Shown: piece by piece, positions 58,316 to 64,000 of the stretch
How the letters are laid out: every line of letters begins with the position of its first letter
Numbering within the stretch: the first letter of the stretch is position 1
Notes under the pieces: model-generated
The model's database searches: none
Told to the model about the DNA's origin: nothing
The model's input: the letters and a program-made list of their open reading frames with translations, nothing else
Assembly (NCBI GenBank): GCA_963715335.1
Contig: CAVQRZ010000012.1
Coordinates: 1-64,000, forward strand
Length of the DNA: 64,000 nucleotides
Direction of reading: 5' to 3'
Source: an uncultured delta proteobacterium
GTDB taxonomy: Bacteria > Desulfobacterota > Desulfuromonadia > Desulfuromonadales > BM103
Program-made: the position numbers and the translations under genes

Positions 58316-58932
58316 TCGGATACAGAACCCAAAAAAGCCTTCAATGGTGCTTGGCCTTCGTGGCAGTCCTCCTACTTGCCGGCTGTATCAGTCGCAGCGC
58401 ACCGACGGTCAACTATTACAGTCTCTTGACCATGGAGCAGTTGGGGGACACAGAGGTCCTCGCCTCCCTTCCGGAGGTCAAGCTGGGAGTCGGCCCGATT
58501 TCGATTCCGGACAGCCTGAAACGTTCGCAGATCGCAACCCGGCAGCAGGACAACCAGTATGAATTTACCGAGTTCCATCGTTGGGCGGGAGTGTTGGAAA
58601 AGGATATCACCTCTGTTATGGGCGACAATTTCGGCCAACTACTCGGTATCGAGAAGATCGGCTTCTTTCCCTGGTTGCATCATTTTAAACCGACCTATCG
58701 GCTGACGATCGATGTCATTCGGTTCGACGGCAGCCTGGAGGACGAAGCGGTCCTGAGTGCCCGTTGGGCAATTGCCGACGCCGACGGCAAGGATTTCCTC
58801 GCCGGCAAGAAGAGCGACTACAGGCAGCCGCTCGCAGACACCAGCTATGCGGCATTGATCAAGGCGGAGAGCCAGCTCCTCGCTGCACTGAGCAAGGAGA
58901 TTGCCGCCGAGATTGTTGCGCTGAAGAAATAG
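58312..58932 (+). CDS. pqiC: PqiC family lipoprotein
   Basis: Lipobox LAGC; YYSL, GVGPI.IP..L.R.QI, HRWA, RFDG, L.ARW. Confidence 0.9.
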   Translation: MIGYRTQKSLQWCLAFVAVLLLAGCISRSAPTVNYYSLLTMEQLGDTEVLASLPEVKLGVGPISIPDSLKRSQIATRQQDNQYEFTEFHRWAGVLEKDITSVMGDNFGQLLGIEKIGFFPWLHHFKPTYRLTIDVIRFDGSLEDEAVLSARWAIADADGKDFLAGKKSDYRQPLADTSYAALIKAESQLLAALSKEIAAEIVALKK

Positions 58933-59062
58933 CCAGGGGGGTATAGATATGAAACGAAAATGCGCCCTTCAGTAGTAAGGGCACATTCCAGGTTGTTGAC
59001 AACCTCCGCAGTTGATGCGGGGGTTGTTTTTTTGCCTGGCAGGGGGAGTTTCTGTGAGGTTT

Positions 59063-59594
59063 AGGGCAACAGATGGTTAATCTGTTGCCCTTTTCCCTTT
59101 TCTTGAAAGGCTTAAAAGCAAAACCGGCGGGTCGCGTCCCGCCCGACGCCATACTTTTGTCCGGCAACAAAAGTATGCAAAAGTGCCTTCTCCTTGCGGA
59201 GGGCATCTCCTCTGCCGGATTTCTGTGACTTCAAAAACCCTTACTGATGGGGATCCGGCCCTGTGTCAAAGGGCCTGACCTTGCCGTGTGATTTACCAGG
59301 GAAAAGCCAAAACAACCTTTACCGAGACAAACCTCGACGAAAGGAGAGGCTCTCAAGAGCCTCGGCTCCTGCGGGGGAAGCGCAGGCTCCTGATCGTTTA
59401 GAACCATCCGGATTGAGGCTGCCGCCCTGCCGAGCCAGACATGCCCAGCGCAGCGCAGGCCCTTTTTCTGCTTACTCTTTTGGGCCAGCAAAAGAGTAAG
59501 GCGCAGTCGGGGGGCGCGACCCCCGGGTTTTGCTTTTATCTTTGAATTCCAAAGAACAACGGCAAAGGGCAACAGATGAACCATCTGTTGCCCT
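59063..59594. repeat. MITE/REPIN-like composite palindromic element (532 bp)
   Basis: Terminal hairpins AGGGCAACAGAT-N5-ATCTGTTGCCCT at both ends (59063-59091, 59566-59594); inner long IR TAAAAGCAAAACC..GGGTCGCG..CCCGAC (59113-59147 vs 59507-59538); inner hairpins TACTTTTG..CAAAAGTA and TACTCTTTTG..CAAAAGAGTA. Confidence 0.8.
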
Positions 59595-59716
59595 CTCTAT
59601 CATGGAGTCTGGTTGAACTTTGTCAGCAGTGAGGGGCCCATTGATTGAAGCGCCCCTGTTTGCACCTTGGCTGTTAAAAGCGGACTCTTTTCTACTTGTG
59701 AATGTTCAGTATATCG

Positions 59717-60283
59717 TTACGAGATCGACGCCAGGAGCTGTTTGTAGAAATTGTACGCTTCCATCCCACCTGGATTGTCGTGAGAGGCCAACGAATCGAC
59801 CTTCAGGAATTCCAGCAGCAACGGAAATCTCGGATCGGCCAGGTACTTTCTCTGTTTTTTACTGAGGTCTTGCGGCTGCTGCAACTGCCAGGAGTGGTGG
59901 AAGGTGTGGTGACGGATCACCCAGGTGATTCGCGCGCGACGCTCTTCAGGCATGCCGAGCCTGGCAAGAATAGCCGCCGCCATTTCTGCGCCCCGCTTGG
60001 CATGACCGTAGGCGGTGATCCGACCATCGACATTCCGTTCCGTGGTTGCCGGTTTGCCTATGTCGTGCAGCAGAGCAACCCAGAGCAGGTCCGGGTCGCA
60101 ATCTGCCGGGCAGGCCTCGATCGCCAACCGGGTATGGATGGCGACATCACCCTCGGCATGATATTCCGGCGGCTGTTGTGTCCCGGACATCTCCAGCAAC
60201 TCCGGAATGACGTCACAAAGACGATTCCACCAACCGCTTTCGCGCCGTCGCAGCTCTTTTTCAAGCAGCTCTGCTGAACTCAT
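59717..60283 (-). CDS. Stand-alone HD-domain phosphohydrolase (resembles the HD domain of CCA-adding enzymes)
   Basis: PEL....Q.P.YH.EGDV..HT, ALLHDIGKP, GHA..G, HH, C-terminal D. Confidence 0.85.
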   Translation of the reverse strand: MSSAELLEKELRRRESGWWNRLCDVIPELLEMSGTQQPPEYHAEGDVAIHTRLAIEACPADCDPDLLWVALLHDIGKPATTERNVDGRITAYGHAKRGAEMAAAILARLGMPEERRARITWVIRHHTFHHSWQLQQPQDLSKKQRKYLADPRFPLLLEFLKVDSLASHDNPGGMEAYNFYKQLLASIS

Positions 60284-61095
60284 GTCTGGCTCTCTTCCGG
60301 GCTCTTGACATAATAATCTGCAGATCTCTCCAGGTTGCTCTCCCAGCGACTGCAGGCGATGATAATGCGTTGCCAGCCGCTCGGAATAATTTCCTGGGTG
60401 TGGGCCAGGTTGTTACGCAAGGTTTCAAGCTCCTTGATCGCATTACGGGTCTCCTTACGCGACTTATGGCCAAGCTTCTCTCGAAGTTTTTCATCGTAAG
60501 TGATGATCCAGCCCTTGTCGCCAAACTGCAGGCAGTCGAGCAGCTCAACCTGCTGGCCACGACGGGTTCTCTCTTCCTGAAGTTTTTTCGCAATATCAAT
60601 CCGTTTTTCGGAAAGAAATTCCTGCCAGGAATTGTCGGGGTACAGTTGACGCAAGACCTCCGTCATGGTCATTTCGATCATGGTGATCATACCGAACAGG
60701 AACATACGCATTGGCGGCTTTTCCAAATCGGTTAAAGTGATGATGGCACCCACATGGTCGAGAATGGTGACAAAGCATTGCTGGTTGATTGCCAGCGACT
60801 GGACAACGTCAATCAGGTTCGCTGTATCGGGGATCAGGTCGTCGTCAGGCGTGAAAGAATGGAAGTGTTCGCCGCAAAGCCCGGAAGTCAGTTCATCACG
60901 GCGGACATAGCCTTCGACCAGGCCGTTCTGGCGAACCCCAACCAGATCGAAGTTCTTTTCGTCCATGAATTGCCTGACATCTGCCGAGTTGGTGCTCTCG
61001 TCAAAAGAGACCAGGGGTTCGGCAACATCCATCGCCGAGAACCCTTCGAGGAACAGGCGGCGCAGACGTGAACTTTGGGTGCCTCTCCAGGGCAT
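60280..61095 (-). CDS. CBS-pair + HEPN (Swt1-like) domain protein
   Basis: Two CBS-like repeats (..FMDEKNFDLVGV...VEGYVRRDEL; ..ANLIDVVQSL...VGAIITLTDL), then a helical domain with N-terminal Glu (MIEM), LDCLQFGD and the R-X4-H motif RNNLAH. Confidence 0.75.
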   Translation of the reverse strand: MPWRGTQSSRLRRLFLEGFSAMDVAEPLVSFDESTNSADVRQFMDEKNFDLVGVRQNGLVEGYVRRDELTSGLCGEHFHSFTPDDDLIPDTANLIDVVQSLAINQQCFVTILDHVGAIITLTDLEKPPMRMFLFGMITMIEMTMTEVLRQLYPDNSWQEFLSEKRIDIAKKLQEERTRRGQQVELLDCLQFGDKGWIITYDEKLREKLGHKSRKETRNAIKELETLRNNLAHTQEIIPSGWQRIIIACSRWESNLERSADYYVKSPEESQT

Positions 61096-61323
61096 ACAGC
61101 CTCCTCTGAAATGATGGGAACAACTTAAACCAAAGCTATTTTATCGTAAAGAGCTGCAAAGCGCTGATCAAAGCGTCTGAAATTTTTGAACTTATTTAAA
61201 CAGAAAAATGCTTTTAATATTGATAGGACAGGTTCCTATAGTAGAATGCAAACTGCTGGAATACCTAACAATTACTTCCTATAAATGACTGATCTCAGAG
61301 GATTAGGAGAGAGGGGAGGTCTC

Positions 61324-62016
61324 ATGAAAATTCATATCCCCATGTACAAGACTTTAATTTTCGGACGCTATGGCAGCCTCCTGATGGCGTTGCTGTTTCT
61401 GATATTGCTGCAGCCAACGGTAGACACGGCGATCGGCAAGGGGCTTATCGAGGCACTGTTTATCGCAATCCTGATAGCCGGGCTACGGGCGATCGGTGTC
61501 AATAAAGGGCTGTTTCGTTTCGAAGTTGTTTTACTGACCGCCAGCCTTGCGTTGAACATTGCGGGAGCAATCCCCGGATACGAGACTCTCTTCTTCGTCG
61601 GCATAGCCGGTCGAACCCTCTTCATGATCCTTGTTACGTTAACCATCCTCTCAGACCTGTTTCGCAGCCAAGAGGTCAGCGGTGACTCCCTGGCCGGGGC
61701 AGTCTGTATCTACCTTCTGATCGGCCTGATCTGGGGATATTTTTTCCTCCTGATCGAGATCCTGGTGCCGGGGTCTTTCTCATTCACGCAGGGCAATCAA
61801 GCGATGGCGATCTGGTTATCCAAGGAGTTCTACCCGTTCTTCTACTACAGCCTTATCACCATGACGACTGTCGGCTTCGGTGACATGCTGCCGCTGACGA
61901 CCGCAGCGAGGACTTTGACCACCTTAGAGGCAATTATCGGCCAGGTCTACCTGACCATCCTGGTCGCCCGCCTGGTCGGTATGTACCTGTTGCACCAACA
62001 GAAGCCAGAAGCGTGA
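61324..62016 (+). CDS. Potassium channel family protein
   Basis: YYSLITMTTVGFGDM.P selectivity filter; GQVYLTILVARLVG; RBS GGAGG. Confidence 0.9.
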   Translation: MKIHIPMYKTLIFGRYGSLLMALLFLILLQPTVDTAIGKGLIEALFIAILIAGLRAIGVNKGLFRFEVVLLTASLALNIAGAIPGYETLFFVGIAGRTLFMILVTLTILSDLFRSQEVSGDSLAGAVCIYLLIGLIWGYFFLLIEILVPGSFSFTQGNQAMAIWLSKEFYPFFYYSLITMTTVGFGDMLPLTTAARTLTTLEAIIGQVYLTILVARLVGMYLLHQQKPEA

Positions 62017-62031
62017 CAACAGCGATCAGAC

Positions 62032-62073
62032 AACCAAAAGGGGTCGGCTGACAACAGCCGACCCCTTTTGGTT
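62032..62073. terminator. Bidirectional intrinsic terminator
   Basis: AACCAAAAGGGGTCGGCTG-acaa-CAGCCGACCCCTTTTGGTT between convergent genes. Confidence 0.88.
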
Positions 62074-62090
62074 AAAAACATTTTTTTCGC

Positions 62091-62858
62091 TTACTTCTTC
62101 CAGCGATAGGTCGCCATCAGGCCGAACATAAACTGCTTGTCATCGCCTTCATCATCGACAATCGGGCTGTCCTTGGCATCGTTGAGCAGGGACTTGTAGG
62201 AGAACAGCCCCATGATCCCCCACTTCTCCCAGGGAGTGTAATGGGCAACCAGGTTGATGCCGACGTCCTTGAGACCGGAATCGGCCGAGTAATTGGGCAT
62301 CGTCGTCCTATTACCGCCGTTGCCGGGATTGACGCCAAAATAAGTGTCCATATAATCATCGTCAGCATAGGTCAGGAACACGCCGGGAGTGAGGGTCAGT
62401 TCCGGCATGACCTTCCATTTGTAGCCGGCGTTCACCTGGGCGAGAAAACCATCATGTTCATCGGAGACATCAGCCAGCAGCTCAACACCAAGCAGTACAT
62501 TGTCGATGTTAACGCCGGCGAAGACACCAGCCTCTAAGGCGGCATCGATTTTGTCCATTCTATCGACCTGGTCATTATCAACATCGTCGCGCTCGAAGCG
62601 ATAATTCAGAACCGGACCGAGGCTGAACTGCTTGTCGGCGAGCAGGTTGACCTTCAGATTGGGTCCGTTCAGTTTGACAAAACGGCCGCTGTCGTAATTA
62701 TGCTGGAACAGGAACAACGGCACGCCGGTGGTATCCTCAGAACCTTCATAATCAGGCGCCGCTCCGGCCCCCAAGCCAACCATCCCGTCAAGAGCCCACA
62801 CCGGACTGGCGACAAGCAGCAGGACCAGACATAGAAACAGCAATTTTGAACTTTTCAT
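62091..62858 (-). CDS. MipA/OmpV family outer-membrane protein
   Basis: Signal peptide; P.YEGS, D..YMDTYFGV, A.DSPIV, terminal Y.W. Confidence 0.88.
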   Translation of the reverse strand: MKSSKLLFLCLVLLLVASPVWALDGMVGLGAGAAPDYEGSEDTTGVPLFLFQHNYDSGRFVKLNGPNLKVNLLADKQFSLGPVLNYRFERDDVDNDQVDRMDKIDAALEAGVFAGVNIDNVLLGVELLADVSDEHDGFLAQVNAGYKWKVMPELTLTPGVFLTYADDDYMDTYFGVNPGNGGNRTTMPNYSADSGLKDVGINLVAHYTPWEKWGIMGLFSYKSLLNDAKDSPIVDDEGDDKQFMFGLMATYRWKK

Positions 62859-63027
62859 GATAGAACCTCCGATACGATTACGCTATTGGAATAATTGCCC
62901 TTTAAAATACCTCGAAACAGTATAAATTAGATATATTGTAATGCAACTGACTTTTTTGATACGACATGTTTTGAACACAACATTTGTTAACCTCCTGCTC
63001 TGGCAGTAAAGTGGCAATAACTTTCCG

Positions 63028-64000
63028 ATGATCTGCAAGTACCAAAAACTGTTGGTTCTCCTCGCACTCTGTACCCAGCTCACGCTCACACACGTCTGGG
63101 CTAACGAAGCATCGGTCCAGGTCGACATCGCAGGGCTGAGTGGTGCCCGGTTGAAGAATGTTCAAGCGGCCCTGACACTGCCGCCGGGGATCGTCAGGGA
63201 CGATAAGGTTGAAAAGCGCTGGCTCGAGCGCTTTGCCGGCAAGGTGCCGGAGATGGTTGCCACCGCTCTCGAGCCTTTTGGGCTCTACCGCAGCGAAACC
63301 ACGGTCAGCATAGAACAAACCGACAAGCTTGCTTACCGGGTCGCGGTCAGTGTCAACCCTGGGGCGCAGACAGTTGTCCGCAGCTTGAGCATAGAGCTGA
63401 CCGGCGAAGGCAGCCAGGAAAAGAGCCTGCTGCGCGAAATCCGCGCGTTCCCCCTGAAACAGGGCGCCCCACTCGATCAGGAACTTTACAAGCAGGGGAA
63501 GCTGGGACTGCTGCTTGAGGCGTCCGACCTGGGCTATTTGGAGGGCGTCTATACTACCCATGTCATACGGATCGACCCTGGTTATGAAGCCGCAGAGATC
63601 GAGCTGATCCTAGAGACCGGGCCACGATTCTACTTCGGCGAGACCACTTTCAAAGATGAGAACGAAAGTTTTCCGGAAGAGTTTCTGCGGCGCTTTGTGA
63701 CGTACCGGGAAGGCGAGGTCTTCTCGCACAAGGAGCTGCATCGCAGCCGTCTCAAATTCTATGCAGCCGATCGCTTTGATAATGTCCTGCTAGTTCCCCT
63801 GATGGAAGAAGCAGTCGATCACAAGGTCCCGGTCAGGGTCAACCTGACCACGGGCAATCGCCACCGTCTGCGCCCCGGAATCGGCTACGGCACCAATACC
63901 GGCGGCAGAGTCTCCCTGAGCTACAAGAACATGATATCCGGCGAGCATCCTCATGTTCACATGTTCGACCTCAGCCTGGCGGAAAAGACGCAATCTTTCG
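63028..64000 (+). CDS. tamA: TamA/Omp85 family outer-membrane protein, runs off window edge
   Basis: Not in ORF track; my translation MICKYQKLLVLLALC...ALEPFGLY...DLGYL...ETGPRFYFGE (POTRA domains)...GIGYGTNTGGR (barrel start); no stop before 64000. Confidence 0.85.
   Translation, partial: MICKYQKLLVLLALCTQLTLTHVWANEASVQVDIAGLSGARLKNVQAALTLPPGIVRDDKVEKRWLERFAGKVPEMVATALEPFGLYRSETTVSIEQTDKLAYRVAVSVNPGAQTVVRSLSIELTGEGSQEKSLLREIRAFPLKQGAPLDQELYKQGKLGLLLEASDLGYLEGVYTTHVIRIDPGYEAAEIELILETGPRFYFGETTFKDENESFPEEFLRRFVTYREGEVFSHKELHRSRLKFYAADRFDNVLLVPLMEEAVDHKVPVRVNLTTGNRHRLRPGIGYGTNTGGRVSLSYKNMISGEHPHVHMFDLSLAEKTQSF

Overview
64-kb window that looks like a Desulfuromonadales/Geobacter-like deltaproteobacterial chromosome (inferred from gene content and style only). 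Left to right: a TRAP solute-binding gene cut by the window edge; a sigma54-driven 3-hydroxybutyrate/acetoacetate operon; LutC plus a LutB-CCG fused lactate dehydrogenase; and an AT-rich 11,855-bp element (9155-21009). That element has IS21-like multi-repeat ends, a 7-bp target-site duplication and no transposase, and carries a TRAP-RidA-GntR-hyi-glxR-glycerate kinase-pyruvate kinase-aldo/keto reductase cassette. It is followed by an ATP-grasp protein, a candidate sRNA, a GSI-alpha glnA, and mostly housekeeping, envelope and signalling genes (mltG, plsY, YdbH/YdbL-like, hemerythrin, moaA, pilT, groESL with CIRCE, arsS, degenerate HD-GYP, pcrA, CLC, nhaA, pqiABC, K+ channel, MipA, partial TamA). 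The two strongest candidates for something undescribed are the transposase-less cargo transposon and a translationally coupled CBS-HEPN RNase + HD phosphohydrolase pair (59717-61095). Two +1 frameshifts (end of the lactate dehydrogenase gene, pqiB) may be assembly errors. No rRNA, tRNA or CRISPR array was recognised. All calls are by eye, without database searches.
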